The notes below the pieces were generated by a model. The model worked only from the letters and a program-made list of their open reading frames with translations. It had not been told where the DNA came from and did no database searches. From positions 736,001-800,000 of the forward strand of contig OZ244960.1 of NCBI GenBank assembly GCA_965222605.1: a stretch of DNA of 64,000 bases. The letters are read 5' to 3'. Source of the stretch: Candidatus Latescibacterota bacterium (GTDB lineage: Bacteria > Latescibacterota > UBA2968). A program made the position numbers and the translations under genes. Positions within the stretch are counted from its first letter, which is position 1; every line of letters starts with the position of its first letter. Shown piece by piece: positions 20,104 through 30,097 of this stretch.

Positions 20104-21476
20104 CATTAGTTTCTGGTTAGCAAATTGCTGTTGATCAAAGTCAAAGGTCTTTATGCTGATAGCAAAGGCTCAGGAGGCACCATACGACATAAATGTGGAT
20201 ATGGATAGGGGGGTTGGCGTGGGCTTCCTGTCGTATATCCCACCTGAGTTGTCTCAGATAGGTCACACAAGGTTTGTCATCATAGCGTTGATGGAAGTAG
20301 ATAACCAGCAAGAGATAGGTGATCAACCCAGCAAGGAGTTGTATCAAGACCCCGTGTGGACTACGCGAGATGAGATGATAGACCTTGAGGTATTTTTTCC
20401 ACCATGCAAAGAAGATTTCGATTTTCCACCTCAAAGAATAGATGAAGGCAATTTCCTCGGCAGACAAGTCGTCACGGTCTGTGACAACCCAGTAGGTTTT
20501 GCCACAGGCAGAAAAACCGACTAAAAAGACCGGATGAGTCATTTGATGGTTCTCATCTCCCAATAAGACCTTGGCAAAGAAGGAGATCGTGGCCTCGCCT
20601 CGTGGTTGATAGGCTCTTGGTTGAAAAGCCAATCGCTCAAGGATGTGATATTGGATGTTTTTCTTGACGCGTACGACGAAGTGCTTTTCGTCATTGATCC
20701 ACGCATCGAAGCGGGCATGTTCTTGATAGCCGCGATCCATCACGCCGGTCTGTCCTTTCTCCAAGAGCAAGGACACAAAGGGTCTTTCGGCGGCCTTGCC
20801 ATCGGATAGAAAAATCTTGCGTGGGATGGCTCCGTTTAAGTCGAATCCGAAGTGCAACTTGGCCTTGCGTTTGTGGCGGCTATAATCTGCCCAGGTCATG
20901 GACAAACACGCATCAACGAAACTCCCATCAATGGCGATGAGTCCCCGATGGCGTGGCAGGGCAAGACCGACCTTTTTGGCGGCTGTCTTGGACAGTCTGG
21001 AGAATAACTCGAACATCTGCTTTTTGCCCCGCGTGGTATTGGCCTCATAAAAGGTACTTTGTCCCAACCCTGAAGGCGGCACCAAAAGCTGGTTGGCAAG
21101 TCCGTCACATCCGGCGGCCTGCAACAGGTCTTGGGCAGAACTGCATGCTTCGATATGATAATACACCAACCCGCGCACTTGATGAGAAAACGTATAAGTC
21201 ATCGGCTTATTACATCTTGAAGTCAACGGTGTCAGATAGGGCAAGTGCGCTTCAAGAGGGGACAGCAGCAAAGAAAAGGTTGGCGATGCTTTTCCATATT
21301 CATTTTCTTCACCCGTAGGAAATAGGGGGGACTGAGACTGGATGGACATGGCATTACTCCTTGCAAAAGGTAGAATTTTTCTTTCTCAACTCTAACCTTT
21401 CATGGAAATGCCTTTTGTTCAATCCTTTTCTTTCCTCGCTATCTCCTCCATGCAAATCCCTAACCAGAAACTAATG
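20104..21476 (-). mobile_element. IS4-family insertion sequence, 1373 bp
   Basis: Perfect 17-bp terminal inverted repeats CATTAGTTTCTGGTTAG (20104-20120) and CTAACCAGAAACTAATG (21460-21476); 8-bp target duplication ACTACACA (20096-20103, 21477-21484). Confidence 0.95.
20141..21349 (-). CDS. IS4-family DDE transposase
   Basis: IAIDGS, VMDRGY and YSLRWKIEIFF (YREK signature); AGGAG RBS. Confidence 0.93.
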   Translation of the reverse strand: MSIQSQSPLFPTGEENEYGKASPTFSLLLSPLEAHLPYLTPLTSRCNKPMTYTFSHQVRGLVYYHIEACSSAQDLLQAAGCDGLANQLLVPPSGLGQSTFYEANTTRGKKQMFELFSRLSKTAAKKVGLALPRHRGLIAIDGSFVDACLSMTWADYSRHKRKAKLHFGFDLNGAIPRKIFLSDGKAAERPFVSLLLEKGQTGVMDRGYQEHARFDAWINDEKHFVVRVKKNIQYHILERLAFQPRAYQPRGEATISFFAKVLLGDENHQMTHPVFLVGFSACGKTYWVVTDRDDLSAEEIAFIYSLRWKIEIFFAWWKKYLKVYHLISRSPHGVLIQLLAGLITYLLLVIYFHQRYDDKPCVTYLRQLRWDIRQEAHANPPIHIHIYVVWCLLSLCYQHKDL

Positions 21477-21619
21477 ACTACACAGTATAAAATTTGGAGG
21501 TTCTTCCAGCAAGCGTAAAAGAACCTCCCTCGAAAATCCCAGGTTGACGAAATAGACTGCTTGCCTCAATCACCTTTACTATCTTCTATACCGTCATCTT
21601 CAAGAATATCGCCACAAAT

Positions 21620-22249
21620 TTAGACTAATACCTGGCTGCTGTCGTCCAAATCAAAGTCCCCCTCCATACCATCCAAATCCTCATTACCACTACCGTCATC
21701 TTCCTCATCCAGACGTTGTCTTTCCTCCTCTTCACGTTGTCTTTCCTCCTCCTCCATTGCCTCTATCTCTGCCTGTATCTCTGCCTCAATTTCAGCATCT
21801 TCCGTCAGATATATGTCATAGTTCTCTGCTACAAAGTCAACTACAGAGTCAACTGCGTTATTCCATTCATCAGCTATCTCATTCACAATTTCAGATGGAC
21901 CTGGGATATTAGGGTCCCATTCAACGATATCACTCACTATATCAGCAGCCGCTTCGATGAGATCAGGGGACCCTATAACTGTCCCATCTCCACTCGAACG
22001 GGATAACGACACCACTTTTCCACCTTTCGGGACTGGGTCCACGATGATTACCTCCACAGGTTCGCAGCAAGGATCTATGCAATAAGGACCGCATCCTGTC
22101 CCTTCCTCAAGCCCTCCTGGGTCGCCATCACCATTTCCCCCCCGAGCCATGCTCATTTCTTCTGGCGAAATGGCCTCAGAGAGAATGGCGAGCGGTTTGC
22201 AGGTAAGCCCCGCGATGGATAGGGTGTGTTCAAGAATATTTTCTGGCAT
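21620..22249 (-). CDS. Putative PCAT substrate/precursor with a double-glycine leader, Cys-rich N-terminal core and highly acidic tail
   Basis: Residues 27-38 ISPEEMSMARGG fit LSxxELxxIxGG; AGGAGG RBS; co-oriented upstream of the C39 transporter. Confidence 0.75.
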   Translation of the reverse strand: MPENILEHTLSIAGLTCKPLAILSEAISPEEMSMARGGNGDGDPGGLEEGTGCGPYCIDPCCEPVEVIIVDPVPKGGKVVSLSRSSGDGTVIGSPDLIEAAADIVSDIVEWDPNIPGPSEIVNEIADEWNNAVDSVVDFVAENYDIYLTEDAEIEAEIQAEIEAMEEEERQREEEERQRLDEEDDGSGNEDLDGMEGDFDLDDSSQVLV

Positions 22250-22876
22250 GATACAACCTCCTGTTAAGGTTTATACTGCTTTTACGAGCAACAACGAATG
22301 GTGTACAGCCGGCTGTTCTCCAATACACACATAATAGCCATACACCCACACATAGCAAATCCATTGGGCAATCGTCGTGGAAAGTTGAAATTCCAGCACT
22401 GACGCTGTGCTGCTTGTGCGTGTTCGCACGCAAACAGGCGCGTGGGGCAGGTGGCCCCGCAGCGGAAAACAGCAAAGGGGGGTGACGCGCCCTGATAAGG
22501 ATTGGCGTTGGCTGTGCGTTGGAAAGTACTGAGGAAAGATCGTGCGAAGAAGAGGAGAGATTGTGCGAATGCGGGAAATGCGGAATGGGAAAAAGGTCGG
22601 TAGAAAGAGGGTTTAAATCTACCCCCCCCCCCCGATCTTCGTAACTTCATAAAAAACAACTACTTGTGTAAATTTTAGGGAGATCGTGACATACTTCAGC
22701 CACGTTGTGGAAACGATGAATGGCTCCGCAATGGTGCGAAGGTTTGAAACAAACTGATACAAGGTCTTCTCCTTTGGATTACGAGACAAACTCTAAAACT
22801 TAGATACAAAATAAGCCCGTCTATTCGGGCTGTCAAGTATTTTTTATAAAGGCATGCAAAGCGGCAACGTATCGGA

Positions 22877-23029
22877 TTAAAAGGTGACTGGTGAGTCGGA
22901 TGGTGTTCTGCCTCTGGAGATTGGGCCGGGCTGACCGCTGACTGCTTGGGAAGGGGGTCCTATGTGTATTTCGATGGCCGCTAATTCGCTGCGGATGCGC
23001 TCGGCACTGACAATGTGGCGGGCGATCAC
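22877..23029 (-). pseudogene. Truncated HEPN/HepT-like toxin remnant
   Basis: GTG start overlaps the MNT stop (GTGA); VIARHIVSAERIRSELAAIE resembles the N-terminus of the usual partner, then degenerates. Confidence 0.5.
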
Positions 23030-23397
23030 AGCTCGATCCCTTCGCGTTTGATAATCGCTCTTAGAGAAGGCCGGCAACAGGCTATATCGACCAAATTCAC
23101 TTCAATATCCGGGTCGAGGTCCATGACCGCGCCCAGGGCACGCCAGGTGTCTTCTGGTCGCAGTCCCCAGGCGGCAATATCCACATCGGACCAGCGGTTG
23201 AACCCATCCTCGTGCGCCAAAGAGCCAAAGAGCACGACCTTATCGACATTGAAGCACGCCTCAAGCAAACGGGCAGCCCGTCGCGCCAGCACCCAAGCAC
23301 GCTGACGACGTACGCGTAAACGCTCCTTTTCGGCGTGGTGACGCTCGCGGGCACCTTCTCGGTAGGTAGCCATTTCAGTGGGTGTTATCATTTTCAT
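23026..23397 (-). CDS. Minimal nucleotidyltransferase (MNT) antitoxin-like protein
   Basis: VVLFGSL...SDVDIA motif. Confidence 0.88.
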   Translation of the reverse strand: MKMITPTEMATYREGARERHHAEKERLRVRRQRAWVLARRAARLLEACFNVDKVVLFGSLAHEDGFNRWSDVDIAAWGLRPEDTWRALGAVMDLDPDIEVNLVDIACCRPSLRAIIKREGIEL

Positions 23398-23560
23398 TAC
23401 TCTTGAAACCCCTCATGATGCGCAGGGTCAAAGCCTCTTTGTGAAAAGGAATAGCAGTGTATTTGCGAAAATTAAAGTTACGGCCGGGTATCAAGACAAA
23501 TCCAAAACTGACTATAACGGATCGCAGCGGTTTCATTAGACCGGGATTAGATACTGACCA

Positions 23561-24436
23561 CTAAAAAACCCGAAAATGCACGGGCAACGACGGCATCCCA
23601 CTGTCCTGAGTAGTGACAAAACCACCAACGGCATTGGCTTGTTCGGCGCATATCTGCATCGGTGCGCCAGCGAGTAAATGCATGACAAATGCCGCCGTAA
23701 AAGCATCGCCAGCACCCACCGTATTCACGACCTGTTGTCTTTTCTCCACCGCCTGACAAATCCCCCCCTCACTCACAACCCGACACCCGTGTTCTCCCAG
23801 CGTCAAAATCACACATTGCAGGTCAAACCGCGCGCGAATCTCTGTCAAAAAAGCATCCACATCTTCTTCCCCACCCACATAATCGCGCAGCAGAACCACT
23901 TCCTCGTCATTTAATTTCAGCACATCAGCGCGTGTTAGAGATTCTCGTACAATCTCATAATTGTGATAGTGCTGGCGAAAATTGATATCGAACACGCGCA
24001 GACAATCCGGCGACGTAGCGTCTAAAAAATTTGTAATTGCCCGACGGCTCTGCGCCTCGCGTTGATCTATCGTACCAAAACACAAGGCGTGAGCAGATCG
24101 CGCTATCGGTGCCAATTCTGAACACCATGTAATCGCATCCCACGCCACGCCTTCGACAATTTCATAAGTGGGCTGCCCATCTACAAGAGTCACATTCACG
24201 CTACCCGTTGGTCGATGGGCATGCACTTGCACAGTATCTGTTGCTACGCCATGTCCGCTCAAAATCTCAAGTGCTGCCTTGCCCTGCGCATCGTCTCCCA
24301 CACAACTCACCATAGCAGAACGCGCCCCTAAAGCAGCCGCATGCACGGCAAAATTTGCCGGTGCGCCCCCCAATCGCTCGCCATCGGGAAACACATCCCA
24401 CAACACGGCGCCGATAGCGACCACATTTCGGCGCAT
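23561..24436 (-). CDS. PfkB-family carbohydrate kinase (fructokinase-like)
   Basis: GGAPAN, FDINFR, LKLNDEE, NTVGAGDAF. Confidence 0.92.
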   Translation of the reverse strand: MRRNVVAIGAVLWDVFPDGERLGGAPANFAVHAAALGARSAMVSCVGDDAQGKAALEILSGHGVATDTVQVHAHRPTGSVNVTLVDGQPTYEIVEGVAWDAITWCSELAPIARSAHALCFGTIDQREAQSRRAITNFLDATSPDCLRVFDINFRQHYHNYEIVRESLTRADVLKLNDEEVVLLRDYVGGEEDVDAFLTEIRARFDLQCVILTLGEHGCRVVSEGGICQAVEKRQQVVNTVGAGDAFTAAFVMHLLAGAPMQICAEQANAVGGFVTTQDSGMPSLPVHFRVF

Positions 24437-25419
24437 TACCGCGATACTTTCACGGCCTTCTTTGCAGAAGCCGAACGATAAGCGGCCTCGGATAAGCGGG
24501 CGACCTGTAAAGCGAAATCAGGCGGTGAATACCCCTGCCCATTGTTGCGGATCAGATCAAAAAATGCCTGATCGGGAGTCGTCTCCTGAATATGCGGTGG
24601 AATTTCGAGTGGTTTGTCATTCAGCAAAACCGACTGCACCTGCCACTGGTGCAAATGGAATACCAGACAGCCCTTGCTTCCGTGAATGGCGATTCGCTCA
24701 TCGTGATGCGCTGCATTGCCAAAGGTATTCAGCGTACCCGCTCCACCGCCTTTGAAACGCACATTGACCACCATATTGGTATCCACGACTTTTCCCGCAT
24801 TCTCTGCAAAAGCCGAGACCTCCACAGGCTCCAATCCCGTAATCCACAACACAGAAGCGAGGAGATGGCTACCCGTATCCATGAACATGCCGCCCCCCGA
24901 TAGCGCGGGATCCAAACGCCAGCCGCGGATACTTCCCCAATTTTGTGTCACATAAGCCACCACGCCGCGCAGATCTCCGAGTTCACCTTGCCGTATCAAT
25001 TCACGCGCATAAACGTGGGGAGCCATATAATTGCGCTGGTAGGCCACCACCAGATACAATTTCAATTTATCCGATAAATTGATCAGCGACTTGGTCTGCC
25101 GAGACGCAATTGTGAGGGGCTTCTCAACCAGAACGTGTAATCCCTTTTGCAAAGACAAGCGGGCGTGTTCATAATGCAGCGCATGGGGCGAACTAATCAG
25201 CATGGCATCGAGCGCCTCATTCCGCACGAGTTGGCGATAATCTTCATAAAAAGATGCCTCACTCCCCCACTCTGCCATCAATGCTTCGGCCTGGCTCTCG
25301 TCTGGATCGACCACACCGATAATCTCCACGCCCCCATCTGCTTTCAAACGAGGCAAATGCGCCCGCTGCATATTGCCGCCACATCCGATCAAACCGAGCC
25401 GAATTTTCTCTTTTGACAT
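24436..25419 (-). CDS. Gfo/Idh/MocA-family oxidoreductase
   Basis: GLIGCG, HVLVEKP, GGGMFMDTGSH. Confidence 0.92.
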   Translation of the reverse strand: MSKEKIRLGLIGCGGNMQRAHLPRLKADGGVEIIGVVDPDESQAEALMAEWGSEASFYEDYRQLVRNEALDAMLISSPHALHYEHARLSLQKGLHVLVEKPLTIASRQTKSLINLSDKLKLYLVVAYQRNYMAPHVYARELIRQGELGDLRGVVAYVTQNWGSIRGWRLDPALSGGGMFMDTGSHLLASVLWITGLEPVEVSAFAENAGKVVDTNMVVNVRFKGGGAGTLNTFGNAAHHDERIAIHGSKGCLVFHLHQWQVQSVLLNDKPLEIPPHIQETTPDQAFFDLIRNNGQGYSPPDFALQVARLSEAAYRSASAKKAVKVSR

Positions 25420-25459
25420 CGCGCAGAACCTCCCGGTTATTGTGAATGATACTTCTTTT

Positions 25460-26266
25460 TTACGCCGCCGGTTCGGCGACCATCGTCTCTTCTTTCCTGC
25501 CTTCTAACCCGGCAATCACCGGAAACGTGCGCGATGAATCCGTTCCCCGCGCAATATAACGCACAGTAGGTGGAAAATAGGCGTAGAGTGCCGTGTGCCT
25601 CGAGCGAGATGAATGATTGGGACCAGAACCATGTACACACAAACTGTGAAACAGAAGGGCTGTCCCCGCCTTGAGCGGCACCTCAATCGCCTGTGAAATA
25701 TCTAAATTTTTTCGATCTGTCAACTTTGCATCTTGAGGCCGCGCAATATTGCCCCATTTCTGCATGCCCCACTCGTGACTCCTGGGAATCACCCGAATGC
25801 ACCCATTCTCCGAATTAGCCTCTGTCAGCGCAATGCTCACCGTGACAAGTGCGGGCGGCTCCATCGGCCAATACGCCGAATCTTGATGAAAACCATGCGA
25901 GGACCCGTGAAACGCGGGCTTGAGCATAAGCGTGCTGCGAAACAACAACAAATCGGAGCCAATCAGATTCTGAACCACGGGCACGAGTTTGGGATGTGCA
26001 GCCAAATTTTTGAACACATTGGAAAAATCGCGCGTCTGTTCGATCTTCCGCAACACGGGCAAGCCATCTTGCTCTTTGTCTCTTGCATAAGGCTCGCGCT
26101 GAAAACTGCCCGAACGCTTATCGCCATTGGCTGCCAACTCCGCTGCCAGTATGTGTAATTTGTGTATCTCTTCTTCACACTCGACCAGTTCCTCTGGCGA
26201 CACCACATCTTCAACTATAAGATAGCCCTCATCGTAGAAAAATGCTTTCTGTTCTTCAAGTGTCAT
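25460..26266 (-). CDS. Phytanoyl-CoA dioxygenase (PhyH) family 2OG-Fe(II) oxygenase
   Basis: HQD, NGCIRVIPRSH, HGSGPN..R motifs. Confidence 0.92.
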   Translation of the reverse strand: MTLEEQKAFFYDEGYLIVEDVVSPEELVECEEEIHKLHILAAELAANGDKRSGSFQREPYARDKEQDGLPVLRKIEQTRDFSNVFKNLAAHPKLVPVVQNLIGSDLLLFRSTLMLKPAFHGSSHGFHQDSAYWPMEPPALVTVSIALTEANSENGCIRVIPRSHEWGMQKWGNIARPQDAKLTDRKNLDISQAIEVPLKAGTALLFHSLCVHGSGPNHSSRSRHTALYAYFPPTVRYIARGTDSSRTFPVIAGLEGRKEETMVAEPAA

Positions 26267-26388
26267 TTTTCTTTTCCTTAAAAATTGGTAGTAGAGTACA
26301 GAAATCATAACACAAATGCCCACGTCAAGCAAAGAAAAAGGGCGTCGGTCTATAACCGATGCCCTGGGGTATATTTGTACAATAATCT

Positions 26389-27333
26389 TTATTGCGAGGG
26401 ACGAGGTAGCACCACAAAACCCACCGAATCCACAGACGCCGATCCAAAAATTCCTATGCCCCCATCAACGTGAAACAGCGGACGCTCAAAATTGTCACCC
26501 GCCAGGCCGCCAGGCTGAAACGCATTACCATCATCATCTTGAAAAAACTCGGGCACAGAGCGAATCAAATCAAACCAGTTTTTATCAACCGCATAAATGC
26601 GAATGACATGAGGCCCGGCAAATGCCACGGCAAACCAGGGCAAACGCAAATTGCCGTCTGGTGCTGCCAATGCCGGCGAACTGCCATATCGTTCATAATC
26701 CAGTCTATCACCCTCGCCAACCAAATCGGAATCAATCACAAAATCCGATCCCAGATCGAGACTTTCAATGGCAAGATGGTAGCCGCTGACGGGCAATGGA
26801 TCAAATCGAGCCTCTAAAAACCCCGTTTGATAGGAAACTCGATTTTCAGGCACACTGAACACCGTGCTATCTTCATATCTTTTTAACACGCGGACCACCT
26901 CAAGCGTTGTCTCGTCTAATAACACCGCCTCCCGAATATCCAATCTGCCGGGCGTAACCGTCTGTGCTGTGGCTTCTCTACCCTGTGATCGCACGCGCAG
27001 ATTATAAGTTGTATTTGGCAAAACGAGCGGCGCATTGGGAGGGGGCAGATAATAACCTGCGGCGAAATCTGGACTGTACAAAAACGTCTGTTCACCCTGA
27101 GTGATCACGACCTCGGCATCGCCTACACCTTCCCAACGCCCAAAATACCCCGCGTTTAATCTTACGGTCTCACTAATCAACACCCGAGGCAGGGGTTTAT
27201 CGACAATCAACAGCGCATCCACAACCAGAACACCCGACGCATCTGGTCCAAAAAGACTCGACGGATCGCGCTCGACCTTACACCCCACCAGCGCGACCAG
27301 GCATCCCACCAGCAAAATGAAATATTTCATCAT
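26389..27333 (-). CDS. DUF4249-like lipoprotein partner of the TonB-dependent receptor
   Basis: Lipobox LVGC; C-terminal HVDGGIGIFGS; directly downstream of the TBDR. Confidence 0.78.
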   Translation of the reverse strand: MMKYFILLVGCLVALVGCKVERDPSSLFGPDASGVLVVDALLIVDKPLPRVLISETVRLNAGYFGRWEGVGDAEVVITQGEQTFLYSPDFAAGYYLPPPNAPLVLPNTTYNLRVRSQGREATAQTVTPGRLDIREAVLLDETTLEVVRVLKRYEDSTVFSVPENRVSYQTGFLEARFDPLPVSGYHLAIESLDLGSDFVIDSDLVGEGDRLDYERYGSSPALAAPDGNLRLPWFAVAFAGPHVIRIYAVDKNWFDLIRSVPEFFQDDDGNAFQPGGLAGDNFERPLFHVDGGIGIFGSASVDSVGFVVLPRPSQ

Positions 27334-27340
27334 ACTCCTC

Positions 27341-29563
27341 TTAAAAATTAAAATTGATCCCCAGCGTTGGTACAATAGGCAACATCTTGATCACATCTGG
27401 ATCGAACTCATTAAAAATGACAAACCACTCATTGCGTCTGTTGAATGCGTTAAACACCTGGACGTAAAATTCCCCATTCACTTCAAACGCGCGAAACCGC
27501 ATCTTCACACTTAAATCCAATCTCTGATAGGGCAACAAGCGAGCGCTGTTGCGGTCTGAGGGAAGTACCAGGCTTTCAGTTTGCCGGTGGGGCACCGCGG
27601 GTGAGCGCAATGAATAACGCGCAGATGCAGGTGTAAATGCCTGCCCCGTGCCATAGACATAATTTGCGCCCAACGACCATCTGCCCAAGCGGTATTGCGC
27701 GACAAAAGACACATCGTGGCGTCGGTCGTATTTGGGGGGAAATGTCTTCCCCTGATTGAGTTCGGCAAATTTGCGCCGCGTCCATCCCAGCGTATAACCT
27801 ATCCATCCCGTCAATCGTCCCGTGCGACGCTGCAAAAAGACTTCAACGCCAGTTGCATACCCGGTTCCGCCACTCACAAACGCTTCTTCGGATGTCGTCG
27901 CATCGCTGCCAGCCGCAACGCGATTATCGATCGTGACCAGATTTGCCAGATCCGTATAATAGGCTTCCACAGTCGCCTGATACTGCTCAGAGGGTTCCCA
28001 CTCCACACCTGCCACGCTCTGCCAGGACCGCCCTGGAGCTACTGTTTCATCCAATGGCACCCAGAAATCTCCTCCGCTAAATCCCTCGGTTGTCACCAAT
28101 TGCAAATACTGGTGAAATGAGCCGCCAGCCGCCTTCCAGCGCCAGTTGCCCATGCGGTAGCTCATTGACAAACGCGGCTCGACATGAAAGCGTTTACCTG
28201 CGCTAAAATAACTGCCCCGCATGCCCAAACGCACATCGGTTGCCCTTCCCGGCTGCCAGTGGTCTTGCACATAAAGCGATAGCAAATTGGGCTCTATAGC
28301 GAGTTTAAATGGATCATCCCGATTAAATTCCCGAATAAATTCAAAATCGTAATGGGTAGCCAAAAACCCACCACTTAAGGCGTGATCGTGCGCGGCAAAC
28401 CAATCGAGGTCTCCCTTGACCGTAAAATCGCGAATGCTATTGGCAAATAGAATGCGAGTATCGAGGATATTCAGATCTATCCTGCTAAAATAACTGCTGC
28501 CCGCCACCACAAAATTGCCAAATAGCGCGGGCGAAAACACATGCGTCCACTTGCCCAAAAAAGCGGTATTACCCCATCGAATCGAAAAAAGAGCATCTGT
28601 ATCGATATCAAAATTCAGATTATCTCGACCAAAATACCCACTCACCTGCATTTTGTCATTATCTGAAAAATCCTGATTGAGCTTGGCATTTAAGTCATAA
28701 AAATAATAAGTAGGCACATCTGTGTCTTCATTTCGTATCAAAGACAAAAGTGGATCGATATAGGTGCGCCGTCCCGACACCATCCACGAACCTTTTGGGG
28801 TTGGGCCTTCGAGTGTCAAACGCGCGGCAATAAGGCTGATCCCCCCGCTGGCATCAAATCCCTTGCGATTGCCATCCTTGTTGTGTACGTCGAGCACCGC
28901 CCCCAAACGACCGCCGTATTTCGCGGGATAAGCCCCTTTGTGCAAACTCATATCCCGAATGGCATCGGGATTAAACGTAGAAAAAAAGCCAAATGCGTGC
29001 GATGGATTGTAAAGCGGCATTTGATCCAATAAAATCAAAGTCTGATCCGGGCCACCACCCCGGATATAAAGCCCCGAACTGATATCCGACGCGGCCTGAA
29101 TACCAGGCAAAAGGTGTAATGAGCGCAAAATATCTGTCTCGCCAATGGCTGGCATCTCGCGGATTTTCGCCGTTTCTATTTCCACAAACCCCGGCTGAAT
29201 GCGCTGCTCTTCCTCCTCCCGCTCGGCCTGCACCACGATCTCTTGCACGGCTATTGGTTCGGATTTGAGTTGCACATCGAGCCGCCTTGTTTCCCCCGCT
29301 CGAAAAGTCAGCGTATCCTGAAAACTGATATACCCAACATAGGAGATGGTCAACACATAAGGAATATCTACAGACACCCCTTGAATGGCGTAATACCCAT
29401 CCACATTGCTCAGCGCACCAATGGGCGTACCTTGTCCTCTTAACACCACCGTCGCATAGGGTAGCGACTCGCCATTGCTCTGATCCGAAATAAACCCACT
29501 CAACGTTGCCGCTCGAACAGACAACGGCAACAACATCAACAACAGCACCCCCAAAGACTTCAT
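27341..29563 (-). CDS. TonB-dependent receptor with N-terminal carboxypeptidase-regulatory-like domain
   Basis: GESLPYATV, plug GETDILRSL..LPG, IRGG..DQ, YDRRH, C-terminal GINFNF. Confidence 0.93.
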   Translation of the reverse strand: MKSLGVLLLMLLPLSVRAATLSGFISDQSNGESLPYATVVLRGQGTPIGALSNVDGYYAIQGVSVDIPYVLTISYVGYISFQDTLTFRAGETRRLDVQLKSEPIAVQEIVVQAEREEEEQRIQPGFVEIETAKIREMPAIGETDILRSLHLLPGIQAASDISSGLYIRGGGPDQTLILLDQMPLYNPSHAFGFFSTFNPDAIRDMSLHKGAYPAKYGGRLGAVLDVHNKDGNRKGFDASGGISLIAARLTLEGPTPKGSWMVSGRRTYIDPLLSLIRNEDTDVPTYYFYDLNAKLNQDFSDNDKMQVSGYFGRDNLNFDIDTDALFSIRWGNTAFLGKWTHVFSPALFGNFVVAGSSYFSRIDLNILDTRILFANSIRDFTVKGDLDWFAAHDHALSGGFLATHYDFEFIREFNRDDPFKLAIEPNLLSLYVQDHWQPGRATDVRLGMRGSYFSAGKRFHVEPRLSMSYRMGNWRWKAAGGSFHQYLQLVTTEGFSGGDFWVPLDETVAPGRSWQSVAGVEWEPSEQYQATVEAYYTDLANLVTIDNRVAAGSDATTSEEAFVSGGTGYATGVEVFLQRRTGRLTGWIGYTLGWTRRKFAELNQGKTFPPKYDRRHDVSFVAQYRLGRWSLGANYVYGTGQAFTPASARYSLRSPAVPHRQTESLVLPSDRNSARLLPYQRLDLSVKMRFRAFEVNGEFYVQVFNAFNRRNEWFVIFNEFDPDVIKMLPIVPTLGINFNF

Positions 29564-29635
29564 TATTGCTCCTTCTAATGACTTGTGAATACACCAACCG
29601 TCCATAGTGTACAACACCTCTCGACGGTCATAGTG

Positions 29636-30097
29636 TCACCAGATGCTCCATTTTGTAGCAACAGCACCAGCCTCGCGCTGGGCAATTAACCGGATGCGCT
29701 CTTGAATACGCGCGAGAAGTAACCGCAACCGATCTCTATCGGCATCTGATAGCCCGTTATTGCGCCAGGGATCATCACCACTTCTTTTTTGCTTGGTCAT
29801 CTGCACATTGACCTCATGAGTATAAAAATCCATCACAACCGAAATGCGCGTACGCCGAGAAACATCCAAAAAAGTCTGACTCGCATAACTCGACTCATGG
29901 CGCCAACCCGTCGTGACCACACCAGCTACGGGATCAACCGTTTCTACCGTATAGCCTTCTTCGTGCAAAATAGTCACAGTGGCATTGGCAAATGCCACGG
30001 GCGAAATTTCTTCAACCGACCCTGAGATCGACACGGGATCGACCACATTGCAACCCATCGCGAAACTCACCAAAAAGAAAAACACCACGTATTTCAT
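29636..30097 (-). CDS. Hypothetical lipoprotein
   Basis: Lipobox FAMGC; GVVTTGW motif; GGAG RBS. Confidence 0.65.
   Translation of the reverse strand: MKYVVFFFLVSFAMGCNVVDPVSISGSVEEISPVAFANATVTILHEEGYTVETVDPVAGVVTTGWRHESSYASQTFLDVSRRTRISVVMDFYTHEVNVQMTKQKRSGDDPWRNNGLSDADRDRLRLLLARIQERIRLIAQREAGAVATKWSIW

Noticed and set aside
22282-22353. Tiny Cys-rich ORF (MCGCMAIMCVLENSRLYTIRCCS) upstream of the precursor as a second precursor
   Set aside because: No RBS and no double-glycine leader; cannot be supported.
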